This document shows positions 24,901-35,851 of a stretch of DNA of 64,000 nt, one piece after another; the first letter of the stretch is position 1; every line of letters begins with the position of its first letter. The notes under the pieces were generated by a model that saw only the letters and a program-made list of their open reading frames with translations, did not search any database and was not told the DNA's origin. The DNA is from Amoebophrya sp. A120 (lineage: Eukaryota > Protista > Dinoflagellata): positions 9,025,957 through 9,089,956 of the forward strand of contig CAJINV010000005.1 of assembly GCA_905178155.1 (NCBI GenBank), written 5' to 3'. Both the position numbers and the translations under genes were made by a program.

Positions 24901-27900
24901 ATTAGCTGTTGCAGTCTGATACTTCGGAGGAAAGGAAACTTGTCATGCAAGGTGGAATACAAGTGTAAAAACAACTTTTCAACATGCGGAAGAAACACGA
25001 CCGTAGGAACAGCTTGTCAGGTGAGAAACAGGACGGTAAGACGGGACCATGGCGTGGCCTCGCTTCTATCGTGGGTGAGAGAGAACACCAGCAGTCCGGC
25101 CGGGATGAGATGAGAATGCTGGAGAGCGATAAAGAAGACTCAAGATCCGGAGATGCGCGACAAGGCAAGTAGGAGCCGAATTATAGGAAGGGAGGCAAGG
25201 GTGAGAGAGAGATGCAGAAAGCGGCGAGCAGCGAGCGGTTTCTTCAGCGGGGACTATGTTTTCCTCGGGTCAGCGGTCCCGGCGGAAGAATTGAAAAACC
25301 CCGACGGAAGGAGCGGAGAAAAGCGAACTTGTGTTGCAGAAGCTACAGCAGAACAAATTGTCAGAAACTCGGTAAGGTGACCACTTTCATCGGTACGCGA
25401 TTTTGAAATCGCGATCGAAAGGGACTCCAGCTAGAATCTTGATTTTTTTTCCTCTCACATTCCAATCTGCAACAGCATGGAAAATAATTTCTAGCCGCTA
25501 CAGTCTGATACTTCGGAGGATGGGCGGGGGGAAAAAACTTGTCATGCGGCGATCGCTACGGAAGGGCTTTGTAGTTCCGCGTCGAAATGATCATGTTGCT
25601 CGGTCAAAATGCGGTGGCGATGCGGAAAACGAAAGCGCCCGGAAAACAAGCAAGCTGTGATGCGGAAAACTGCGTACAGGAAAAGCAATTTGTCATGCGG
25701 AAAGCGTAGACCAAATTGTCAGAAGCTCGGTAAGGTGACCACTTTCATCCGTACGCACCAGAAGGCACGAGCGAAAGGGACTCCAGCTAGAATCTTAAAT
25801 TTCATTTCCCTCTCGCATTCCAATCCACAACAGCATGAGAAATCAGCTGTTGCAGTCTGATACTTCGGAGGGTTGATACAAGAGTCTTCCCATGCAGGGA
25901 ATAGTCCAGGAAACCTTGTTGTAGTGCGACAAAAGGCAAAAATGCTTGCTTGTCTGTAACTCGGTAAGGCGACCACTCTCATCGGTACGCACCGGAAGGC
26001 ACGATCGAGAGGGACTCCAGCTAGAAACAGATTTTTAGTTTCCCTCTTCTAACTCCAATCTGACGGGACACAGAAACCAGTCCAGCCAGTCTGATACGTC
26101 GGAGGATAAGATTAAGATCTTTTCGTTTGTTTCACATGCGACTTCATCATGCATAAAAGAACCAGTTTGTCATGCTTCTTCAGTCACGACACGTATTCAA
26201 AACCATTTTCGTGAATCAGTAGTGTTTTTAGGAATTGATTAGAGGTTGACTTCAGCGGTAAGAAAACCTCAGTGGAAGGGCACCGGACATCTATGACCGG
26301 CGTGAGCATCATTGTATGGCTTTGACGTGGTCGCACTTCTGTATGACAAACAAGGTTCCAGATCCCGTTCTACGCATCACAGACTCTACTCAAGATCCAC
26401 TTGTCAGACCGTTTTTTTTATCAAGGGCAATATGCATCACAAACTCTACTGCTGTCAGAAGGTTTTAAGGAATTGATTAGAGGTTGACTTCATCGGAATC
26501 TACCTCAGCGGAAGGGCACCAGGTAAAGAAAACCCGGTGTAAGCATCATGATAAGCAGCTTGGTTTTTGATTTATCTTTTTCTCAACCTTCTCGATGGCA
26601 ATCTGCCTGGCAAGTCTTGATTCTGATTCTGAACTGATTTCGGTATGACACAAAAAATCGCTTATATATACTTTCAAACCCCACTTTCAGCATTCTCAGA
26701 TCCTCCTGGTCCGCCAATTTTCTTGACTGTCCGTCCTGCTTCAGGCCGTCTTTTGCGGTATCTGTAATATGTGCGGATTTTGCGTAAAAAAAGTGGTTAC
26801 TTGTCATGCGAAACTATACCGTGGATCTCCGGTGATTTGAGAACTGAGAATCTGTCGCTGCAAGTGCATCATGCGCGGCAGTAGTAAGCAGAGAAACCTT
26901 TATCAGAGTGAGCTGGGTTTACGGATTGGACTCATGGGCTCTCGCCTCATATGACCATCGTGAGAAACATCGCTTTTTCTCATCACATAAAGTCTCACGC
27001 TGTGCTGGCAAGACAGATCACTGACAAATTGTAACATTTGCAATAGAAATTATCAGAGTGAGCTGGGTTTACGGATTGGACTCATGGGCTCTCGCCTCAT
27101 ATGACCATCGTGAGAAACATCGCTTTTTCTCATCACATAGAATTTGTGCCGGTCTGGCAAGACAGATCCAGGTCTACTTGTAACATTTGCAATAGAAATT
27201 GTCAGAGTGAGCTGGGTTTTACGATAATGGACTCAGAGGCTCTCGCCTCATATGACCATCGTGAGAAACTTCGCTTTTTCTCATCATGAGTACATCGGTT
27301 TTGAAAGATGCAGCGCAGCATCACATAACAAACGCAAATTCTTTTGAAAACAGTCGACACAAGCAAAAAACTCCTATACTCATTCCCGCTATCTTCGTTT
27401 TGTGGACCTCCTTTATCCCACGAAAAAAGTGTTACAGTTACACACTTGTTGAAGTTTCTGCATCACAAAGTTGCTCGACATGGCAAAGAAAACCTGTGAT
27501 GCACAGGCTATAAGGGAAAACATAGAATGACATGAAACTGGCAAGCATTTCGTGCATGACAAAGGTTGCCTGTCTAGCTTGTTTCGCACTACAATGTGTA
27601 ACTGTAACACTTTTTTCTTCGCATATCCTTCTCCGCCGCTATACTCTCCTCCCCGTCCGCCACGACTAGTCTTCGGTTGTTTTTGTGCTCGTATCCAAGT
27701 GAAAAAAGCCCCTACCCCATACTCAAAACACAATTTGTGTTGCTGGATTTGTGTACACAAATGAGCTCTGTATTGCAGCGAGAGCTTGTCGGCATATTCT
27801 AAGCCCATTCGGATGCGCATCCGGCTAGCAGCTGGGCATGAGCAACGAGGCTGCGATAGGCGAAAACGCATGACAGACTGGCTACACAATGCGCCACATG

Positions 27901-28737
27901 GGTGCCGCTTGCCCTGTACGCAAGGCAGAGCTGATTTGTGGCCACGCATCAGCATCACAAGTTTCCTTTTCGATATGGGGAGGGGGGATTTTTCCTCACA
28001 ATAGCTCGTATTCCAGGTTCAAAACCTTCTGCTCGTGCACCTTCAAGTGCGTCCTATGATCCCGTTCTATCATTTCCATTTTCGAGCACTTGTTTGCGAT
28101 TTCGGACTCGCATTGCTTGACCTCGTGCTTAGTAATGTCGTAGAACCGGTGAACCTGATAAAGAGAACGATTCTTGGTAAAATTCACATTTTGCCCCATG
28201 CAAGAAGCCGTATGGTAGAGGCGATTTGTCATGCGGCATGCTCATTCAAACACAAAGTGGAACTGCGGTCGAAATTATTTCTGTTTTTATACCATGTCAT
28301 TCTCCAGCTGCATGTAATTCCTTTCCTTTGCCACCTTGACTAGCCTGTACTGCAGGCCCTGAATCTTCTCTGTGAGCATTGGTATTGACAAATCCCTGAC
28401 TTTATGCATTGCAAAAGTACCGCGCAAGTAGTGGGAATTGCATGGCAGATTCTACTGATAGAAGGAGCAACCAACTTTGCCATGCGGATTCAGGTTCACA
28501 AAGCACATCTGTCATGCGAGCTTGCAATGAACTACAATTACGGTGAAGCTTTAGAGCAGGATAAAACTCCTCCGGTATCTCCTCCTCCGGTTCCTCCTCT
28601 TGCTTCTTCTTGCCTGATAATGGTTCGGAAATAATGATGAAGCCACTTTTGTCATGCGAAAAACATATCCGCACGTTGATCGTTCATGCACGCACTGCAT
28701 CACAACGACCTGCTCAATATCTACCTTTTTTCCCCAT
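21922..28737 (-). CDS. GAS8: Growth arrest-specific 8 / dynein regulatory complex subunit 4
   Basis: Exons MGKK, KERNYMQLE, HRFYDITK...HLKVHEQKVLNLEYE, LELKRKVEIHEIEERKNQHIN, DITHDNLQLIKSLKDE, VERERDELY, NVVLERKL...LDP, C-terminal PAGLV; collinear with GAS8/DRC4. Confidence 0.92.
21994..22143. mobile_element. TIR introner, family G, in GAS8
   Basis: TSD TCCAG; removal joins EPL to EKQ...PAGLV. Confidence 0.9.
22972..23116. mobile_element. TIR introner, family G, in GAS8
   Basis: TSD TTCAG. Confidence 0.88.
23440..23726. mobile_element. TIR introner, family C, in GAS8
   Basis: TSD CGTTT. Confidence 0.88.
24218..24717 (-). ncRNA. Three tandem box C/D snoRNAs (24218-24318, 24432-24534, 24618-24717), predicted guides for the 18S Gm436-equivalent (SNORD100-like)
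   Basis: Minus strand ATGATGC/ATGAAGA...CTGA; guide GGCTCTCTCTC before D' CCGA pairs with the conserved 18S GAGAGGGAGCC; the D+5 rule gives the first G of GGG. Confidence 0.75.
24791..26106 (-). ncRNA. Four tandem H/ACA-type snoRNAs (about 24791-24931, 25356-25520, 25714-25872, 25948-26106)
   Basis: Hairpin-ANANNA-hairpin-ACA; compensatory changes CTTTC/GAAAG to CTCTC/GAGAG and CCGA/TCGG to TCTGT/ACAGA; pocket AGCTGG + TTACCG complementary to 18S CGGUAA-UU-CCAGCU, 14 nt from ACA. Confidence 0.7.
26216..26549 (-). ncRNA. Two box C/D snoRNAs (26216-26312, 26455-26549) complementary to 18S AGGAAUUGA and GGAAGGGCACC
   Basis: ATGATGC...GGTGCCCTTCCR-CTGA(D')...TCAATTCCT...CTGA. Confidence 0.7.
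26903..27287 (-). ncRNA. Three tandem double-guide C/D snoRNAs (26903-26986, 27053-27136, 27202-27287) for LSU Am2946 and Cm2959 equivalents (yeast numbering; snR71/U29 and snR73/U35 sites)
   Basis: Perfect RTGATGA and CTGA boxes; guides AAACCCAGCTCAC and TCTCACGATGGTC complementary to LSU GUGAGCUGGGUUU-A-GACCGUCGUGAGA; about 150-bp period. Confidence 0.92.
27414..27625. mobile_element. TIR introner, family D-like, in GAS8
   Basis: AAAAAAGTGTTACAGTTACAC inverted; TSD TCCTT. Confidence 0.88.
27692..28003. mobile_element. TIR introner, family B, in GAS8
   Basis: TSD GCTCG. Confidence 0.88.
28403..28563. mobile_element. Degenerate TIR introner, family G-like, in GAS8
   Basis: TAT...ATA retained, flanks GACTT/AAACT; removing element plus 5 nt gives EEF-RDLSIPML. 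Confidence 0.7.
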
Positions 28738-29805
28738 CTTGGCTTACGATTGGCCGACGAGCCTCACGAAGGTGGCTACGTAGCAGACGGCTGTTTTGAT
28801 GATCAAGCGTCCGCGAAAAGACGCAAGACCTGCAGCTTGAGCGGTTTAGGAGTCGACGCTCCGATGTGTGGCTCGGTTTCGGTATTAGTCGCGTGCTGCC
28901 GAAAGCCAATCCCGAAGAATCTGGGAGCTGCGATTGCGCCGTCTGAAACTCGCGGAGCCACTATCTCGTCCCTGCGCAACTGCAACTTCTGATTCCCGGA
29001 GAGCGGCAACACATGTTTTGGTCTACTTCGCAGGTGCTCGTGAGCTAGGTTCTGTGCAGTGAAATGCTGTTAGACCCTCCTGAACGCACTTTCCGCTTTC
29101 TTCTACGAGATATGCTCTACTTTGTGCGGAGGATGTAGTAGAGAGGTTTCTGACTCGCATGATTAGCAAAGCAACTCCACAAGAGTACAAAGAATTCTCC
29201 CTATAGCTTCTGTACATTCACAACGCGATTTTGAGGTTGCACTCGCTGAAGAAACGGCTAACAAAAATGTCATCCTCTCTCGCATGAATTTTCGCAAAAC
29301 GATCACGCTCTCTCTCGTCTCCCTCAAACTGGTCTTAAAATGCTGCATTTTGTCACGCACAAACGGAAACGAATGCATGATCGTATCGAGCGAACAGTCT
29401 ATTATTTCCCTGCATCAAACGAAAAACACGAGCCTGAGCGCTGTGTCACAACCAAGTCGGCTTTTTTTTCGTCGGGGTTTGAAAAAGAAGTAAACTTACA
29501 AGTTGCGGATTGAAATCATGGCTTTGTCGGTTCTTTTACACTAGAGCTAAAATCTGCTTTACATTTCAGACAGAAACGCGTTTCACAGATTTCGCTTCGT
29601 TTTATCTCGTCTAAAACGCACCACAATTACTCCGACTCGCGCTTCTTGTGCATACCTGATTTCATTTAGAGTGATAGCTTGGTTTTGGTATGCGGAATTA
29701 TCGGTTGATAAGCTGCAACTACTATTACGAACCTCTATAACACAAGAATCTGCATGAGAAAACCCAGGTCCATTACAGGTCTATGCAAGACAAAAAAAAC
29801 CTATA

Positions 29806-29951
29806 CCCATCTTGCAGTGACGCTGGTTGCGCAGGAACTTGGCGTCCATACCCTTGGTGGACATCTTCTTCGGGGTGCGGGTCTTCTTGATCCCGTTACG
29901 GTGGGCCTTGCGACCCTGGTTGTGGTTGGTGTGGTTCTTGGACTTGGCCAT
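29806..29951 (-). CDS. RPL29: 60S ribosomal protein L29 (eL29), main exon; short 3' exon unresolved
   Basis: [23 protein letters not shown]...[13 protein letters not shown]. Confidence 0.95.
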
Positions 29952-30420
29952 TTTGTGAGTTCAATCCTTCAACTAGGCTACTAACCCGTTTGAAGTCCCT
30001 GATAGAATGGTGGAAAAAATTAAGATACACAACGGAGAGAATGGAAGATGACAGTGGGAGTGACACCGACACGACCAAGTCAGTGTGCATACGGATCAAC
30101 TGATCACATTCCGTCTTTTCTAGAAAAATCAGGATCTCTTGCTTGATTTGGTGAAGAGGAACTTTGCGATGTAGTAGTTGCACTCAGTTTTTGCAGTGCT
30201 GGAGGTGGAACTTTCCCTTTCAGATCTTCGCAAAAGATTTTCGATCTTGTGATCTTGTGTCCCCTAAGCGACCTTTAGATTTTCTCACAGATCTTTAGAT
30301 TTCGATGGAATACCATGCAGAGCTCGTTGATGTGGTGCTCAGTCATGATCATCATCTTCGACAATTTTTACATCGAAATTGAAAGACTCCTAGCTTGTTT
30401 TCGAAGTTGAAAGGAAATCA

Positions 30421-31385
30421 TCAGCCAAATGCCTCGTAAAAGTTCATCAGAAGGCGCACACAGCGCGCACGTGAAAATCCGAAACCCAAGTAGCCAAAAC
30501 CACAGAACGTGGAAATAGCTGGTAGAGAAAAGAAAATTCGCGCACCGCGTGCAAAAGTCTGACATCTAATTAGTATGGATTGTGTAGTTTGGTCATCATA
30601 GCGGAGTTGTACTTTCTGTACTTTTTCATCATAGAGCATTGCCAAAACAGACAGCTCGAAGTAGTCGTGAAAAACTGTATGCAAGGCGACTGACGTCTGC
30701 TACTAGTGGGCCAGAAGAGAGCAAAACAAATCCAAAACGGACCTGCCACTCGAGAGAGCCAAGTAGAAACGCTAATTAAACCGCATAATGGATCTGTGTC
30801 GCCACGATACCAGAAAGTCGAGTGTTTTTATGAACTAAGTTTGAGAAAAACCTCGAGGCAAAGGGTGGCAGAATGAGCAGAACGGATCTTTTTCAACGTG
30901 TCTGAAGTAGATCTGCGGGATCATTTTGTCTCATGAAAACTACCAGCGAATTTTTCGAATTCCATCAGACAAATGCCTCGTTTGTAGAATGTCGTCAAAG
31001 CGCCACTACACCCGTGCGATTCAAATCCCGCCTGACAAACAGGAAAACCCATCCCGAACGTTAGGCAAAAGTCAAAAAGCGCAAGTACAACGTAACTTCG
31101 GACATCTAATTAGTAATGGATTCGGTAAAAACAGTCATCCTTGTTGGGATCTTCGCGAGAGTCACTTCTGGAAAAAGATAATTCATCTCTATGAAGAATT
31201 TCTACCGCACGAAAACTTTTTGATCCGCGTATGATGCAGCTGTTTACGCAAAATACAAACCATCAGACAAATGCCTCGATTTTCGTCATGACGTGTGGGC
31301 GCGAAAAGGAAAAAACGCAGAACGCGTCTTCTCCAAGTCGCTTGTTGAATGGTCCGACTCGTCATCTAAAAATTTGTCTCATCAC
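30421..31385 (-). ncRNA. Three U15/snR13-like C/D snoRNAs (30421-30599, 30965-31141, 31263-31385)
   Basis: Guide CGAGGCATTTG before CTGA pairs with LSU CAAAUGCCUCG (Am2281 by D+5); D' guides ACTAATTAGATG (copies 1-2) or TAGATGACGAG (copy 3, Gm2288); C boxes ATGATGA, AGGATGA, GTGATGA. Confidence 0.85.
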
Positions 31386-32433
31386 AAATTGTGTATTTTT
31401 GCAGATCACGCATGAGAAACTTGATCTTTTCAATCGGATCGCGCCTGGCAAATTCACCATGAGCTGCCCTTGGATCTGTTGTTTCTACTACAGGATCGTT
31501 GTATTGGTACCGAAAAAAAGCCATGGCGTTACTTTGCTGCACACTAGCGATAGAGGAGATCCGTTTACAACTTCTTGAACTTACCACATTTGATCTTTCA
31601 TCTCAAGGGCCGTCGACCTGTATGATCTCATTGCAAACTTGTGCAGTCCGGAGCTAGTACTTCAGATTCCAACATTGGGAGAATCACAATTTATCTCAGG
31701 GCTTTTCCAGGCCAATCCTACTAGCTACCACTCAAAGATGAAAAAACAACTCCAAACACATTGCATCCAGGCTTCTGCTTACGCAAACCAATTCCAACAC
31801 AGCTGTAGTTGTTGTGGTGATTTTGTCAGACTGCTTCTCTCGAGAGAGAAATGTGTGAAAAGGTCGTCACTGAAAACGAAAAGCCGAATAGCCCCCACTG
31901 TGTTAGCGAAAGAACAGTGGCAAAAGCAAAACCGAGCTTCAGCACAAGTTCTTCTCTAGCACAAAGAAACTACTCGAGCGATTTCCGACTCTCAGCATCT
32001 ACTATCCAGATTTACAATGCGCGTCATCATCTCGAACCTTTATTCTGTTTTCGGTTGGGTAAAGCTAAAGCAGGTCGAAGGAAGTAGTGGATGAACTGGG
32101 GAAAGAATAGATCTCGCCACACCTCAAACCAAGGTATCAGTAGAGGGAGTAGCAGAGATACTGTTTCCTACTTTTTGGGTTCCTTTGTTGGGGTAGTTCT
32201 GCAATTCAGAAAGAGGTATTGGTGGTTCCAGCGTGCGAATTTCGTGTGTGCGCCTTTTTTAAGTACAGCACTGTGCTCGTCGTAGAACCATGTAGAGAGT
32301 GGCAGCTCAAGGTCGTTTTGTAACGACCATTTGCTAGTACTTGTGTCGCTGCAAAGGGGATACTGTTAAACAAAGGATCTGGCTGCGCAGCTGCCCCTCT
32401 ACTTCCGCGCCACCAGAGAAATCAGTACAGCTC

Positions 32434-34145
32434 TTACCACAAAGAAATCGGTTGCACGGTCTGCACTGTTGGTTTTCCCATCTGCGGCTTCCCACCGCCC
32501 TTGGTCGTGCCACCACCGCCCTTCGCCGTGCCAGCACTGTAGGCGTGGTCATCATGGCCGTAGCCCTCGTCGTGGCCGTAACCGTCATCGTGGCCGTAAC
32601 CGTCATCGTGCTCGTAGCCGTCATCCTGGCCGTAGCCATCATCGTTCCCGTAGCCATCATCATGACCGTAATCCTCGTCGTAAGCGTAGGGATCGGGCTT
32701 CCCGCCTCCTTTCTTCCCGCCTTTCCCTGCTTTCCCCTTTTTGCCGCCTTTTCCGCCCTTGCCACCTTTCCCGCCCTTGCCACCCTTTCCTTTGCCACCC
32801 TTTCCTTTCCCGCCCTTGCCTTTCTTCCCACCCTTCCCGTGGTCATCGTAATGCCCGTAGTCATCCTCGTACCCGCCGTAGTGGTCCCCGTAGTACTCGT
32901 CAAATCCACCCCCATGCACTTGCCCGGCCCGGTAGTTCAGGTAATAAAACGCCAATCCGAACAGGATGAGGATGTATCAAAAGTAAAAATGTCTGGGTCT
33001 GGGAACTTGTGATGCTGGGTGGCGTCTCATGCTAGGGTGCAAATGCTGACTCAGCATGAGAAGTTTCTCAGCTCCCAGGTGTTGCCTATTCTGCATGACA
33101 AACTGCGCTTTTGCATCACAGAAAAACGGGGCTCTTGGGTAACGTGCATGACAGATTTAAGAGTCATGCCAGACAAGCATGACAAACATGAATTTTTCCA
33201 GACCCAGACATTTTTACAGTTGATAGGATGAAGAGCGCGACGACCACGTACACAGTCGTCCAATCTTCTTGCTCAGTCGTGGTCGTGGTGGAGACGAGAG
33301 TATGGAAGTGTAACACTACTGGTCCCGCTTTACAAAACAGCTTCCGCTCTAGCAATATGTCACTTCCTTTTTTTTGCCTAGAACAACGCGCTGCGCTTTT
33401 TGTCGCGCACAGGCTTGCTTGACAACCTTGACCTTGCCTTTTCCGAGCAGGCCTGCCGAATTTAAGTAGATTCGTCCTTGCTACAGGCCTACCGGCTGCA
33501 CACTTGCTTTCTATATCCAGCTGGAGTTTATTTGTCTCCACCTTCGTGTACTATGCAAGGGCAGATGAACAGCGGAGATCCATAAAAAAAAGTAGGACCG
33601 TGTGAAACACCCAGGATACGTGGCGCTCGACGCATCGCCAGTCGTCGTAGTAGTGGTCGTAGTAGTCGTACTCGGGCATGCACCATCGCAAGTAGTTGTC
33701 GTGGTAGTGCTGGTCGTCGTACTAGTGGTAGTAGTCGTACTAGTGGTCGTAGTAGTGGTCGTAGTAGTTGTGTCTTGAGCAGAAACAAGAAGAACCGCGT
33801 CCTCAGGCCCAGTATGCATTGCCAATATGTCTGGTTGTCTGGAGGTGGATTCCAAGACTCGTGGTCATCTTCCCTGTCTTTATACACCACTCAGGACTCT
33901 GTCGTGCGTAGGTGCAAAAAAATCGTCTTGTCGAGGGTATAAAACCGTAGTCTGCCAACATGCAAAATACGCAACACATAGCACCTCAAAAACTTGCCAT
34001 GCTTGGCCACGTGCTGGTACAGTGCACGCATTATTCATCTCTGGCTTGCATCACAAGTGTCCCCGCCCAGACACATTTGCATTTGATACCAAATCTCCTG
34101 TCTCAGCACCGCCGACAGGACTAGCCAAGCGGCCCGCTGCATCAT
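32434..34145 (-). CDS. Type I membrane mucin-like protein: signal peptide, poly-Thr ectodomain, TM helix, G/K-rich and YGHDD-repeat tail
   Basis: MMQRAAWLVLSAV...VLLVSA|QDTTTT; TM helix VYVVVALFILILFGLAFYYL is rebuilt across element 32975-33225; then GGKKGKGGKG and (DDGYGH)n. Confidence 0.65.
32975..33225. mobile_element. TIR introner, family A
   Basis: TSD GGATG. Confidence 0.9.
33301..33515. mobile_element. Degenerate TAT...ATA intron
   Basis: TATGGAAG/CTTTCTATA ends; flanks share only AG. Confidence 0.45.
33813..34088. mobile_element. Degenerate TIR introner, family A-like
   Basis: flanks CCCAG/CCAAA; frame restored. Confidence 0.72.
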
Positions 34146-35851
34146 GTTTCGGTGGCGATTCGATCAGTTAACTAGCAGCCGTGTATGTGGAAATTAAGTG
34201 CTTTAGCAATATTATTTCCGTCCCTTAAAAATCGAAGCTACGGAGGGACGTGCAACACCTGCTGCTGCTGCTACGGTGGTCCCTGCGAGTCGTCCATAGG
34301 TCACTAACGCAGATGAAACTGCATGGATTATTTCTCGTAAAGGGAGTGAATAATGAAGAGGAGTGTACAACTGCTTAACCTGGTGTAGTTTCTCAGTGGG
34401 CACGTCATTCAAGCTAGATTGTGACCGAAACTGATGATGAAAGTACCTTGCAGACTTAGACGTAAGTCGGACGGAAGTGGACGTTTTTATCTTAAGCACG
34501 AAATGTCTAAAGGTTGTACGAGAAAATGCTTTAGCACGCGATGAAGTGGACGATGACTTTGCCTTTGTTCCGACTTTGGCTTTGCGACTCTAGGTGTATC
34601 ATAATTGTTACCGAAATGAAATAATAAGCGGCCAAGAACGAAACGCCGAACAAGGAATAGTGTGAAATAAAACCGACGGGTTAACTGTTTTGGTCCAAAA
34701 CAAACCGAATGCTCCTTCACGCCTGAACGGCTGGTAGGTGAGACGTCGGAGTACCGAAGTTTTTCTGCGAGCCGACGAGGAAAATAAACCGACCACTTTT
34801 CGCAGCAAGAATTTCCGACAAAAACCGACCGCCGCTGTCATGGCATCAGGGAGGACAAAAAAACCGAATTGCATCACTGCACTTTCTTGTACGACGATAT
34901 TTTTGAATTGGAAATGGGGCCGAAGCAGACTGTTGTTACACACAATCAAGTCATGCACAGCCTGACGCGTTCCCTTTTTCTGATCTGCGTTTTCCCAAAA
35001 CAAAAAGTTTTTTGTTCCAAATGTTGTCAAGGCAGGTGGAATTGGGGTCGACGTGTGGGCGGAGTCTCAGGCTATGAGCGGAAAAAACTATTGGGTTATG
35101 CTGAAAGAGGATTTTAGGGAATTGGTGCTTTTTCTACTACTACTTCCAAAAAGTTTTGTATAGAGAACATGCTAAGAATGATTTCGAGATACAGAAGATT
35201 TTCAACGTGGATAAAACCTATATTTTCTGGTGTACTTTATGCTAATAAAAAAGAACGGTCGGTCAAGTAGAACTTTTCGTATTGTCAAAAAATAAAAAAG
35301 CCTGCTATTGTACATGAAATAAACTGTCTGTTGAAACTGAAAACTTTCTTCCGAATTGAATCTATCTAGGGCGAGGCGGAACTAGAGCTGTGCTATGCTT
35401 TACAGTTTTACTGCACCGGGGAACGATAGAGAACGACTTGCTTGTTTTCGTGCAAAAAACAACGTCACAAGGGTAGCATTGAGTTTTGAAATTCTACAAA
35501 TGCAAAAGCGATAAAATTGTGTCTGATTTTTCAAAAAGATGCTATTTTGGATGATTTTGAATACTGGTAAAACTAGGTTATGCTAAAACAAATCTGATAC
35601 AAGAACGAAAATTTGTAACTTCAAAAAGATTCACGCGTCTGATACTGTGTTTTTCGTAAAATCTGATCTAAAACAATTTGGCATGCGGACTCAGCGCCGG
35701 AAAGCCTTGAGCTGACGTTCTGCGAGAAAAGATTGTTTCCTGTAAAGAACCAACTTCAAAAAGATTCACGGTTATCAAAAATATTCTTGGTTGCGAGAGC
35801 TTCTTTCTTCATCTCCTGCTAGACTTACTTCACCCCTGATTTCATCTCCAC

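Noticed and set aside
24791-26106. Hammerhead ribozyme (CTGA...GAAA) in the four-copy repeat
   Set aside because: CTGATAC does not fit CUGANGA and the stems do not flank the core; the H/ACA model fits the covariation better
24218-27287. Repeat-spacer pattern suggesting a CRISPR array
   Set aside because: Units are 85-160 nt with C/D or H/ACA boxes and rRNA complementarity; eukaryotic context and no cas genes
30220-30356. Possible additional C/D snoRNA (ATGATGA...CTGA on the minus strand)
   Set aside because: Single copy and no convincing rRNA guide next to a D or D' box
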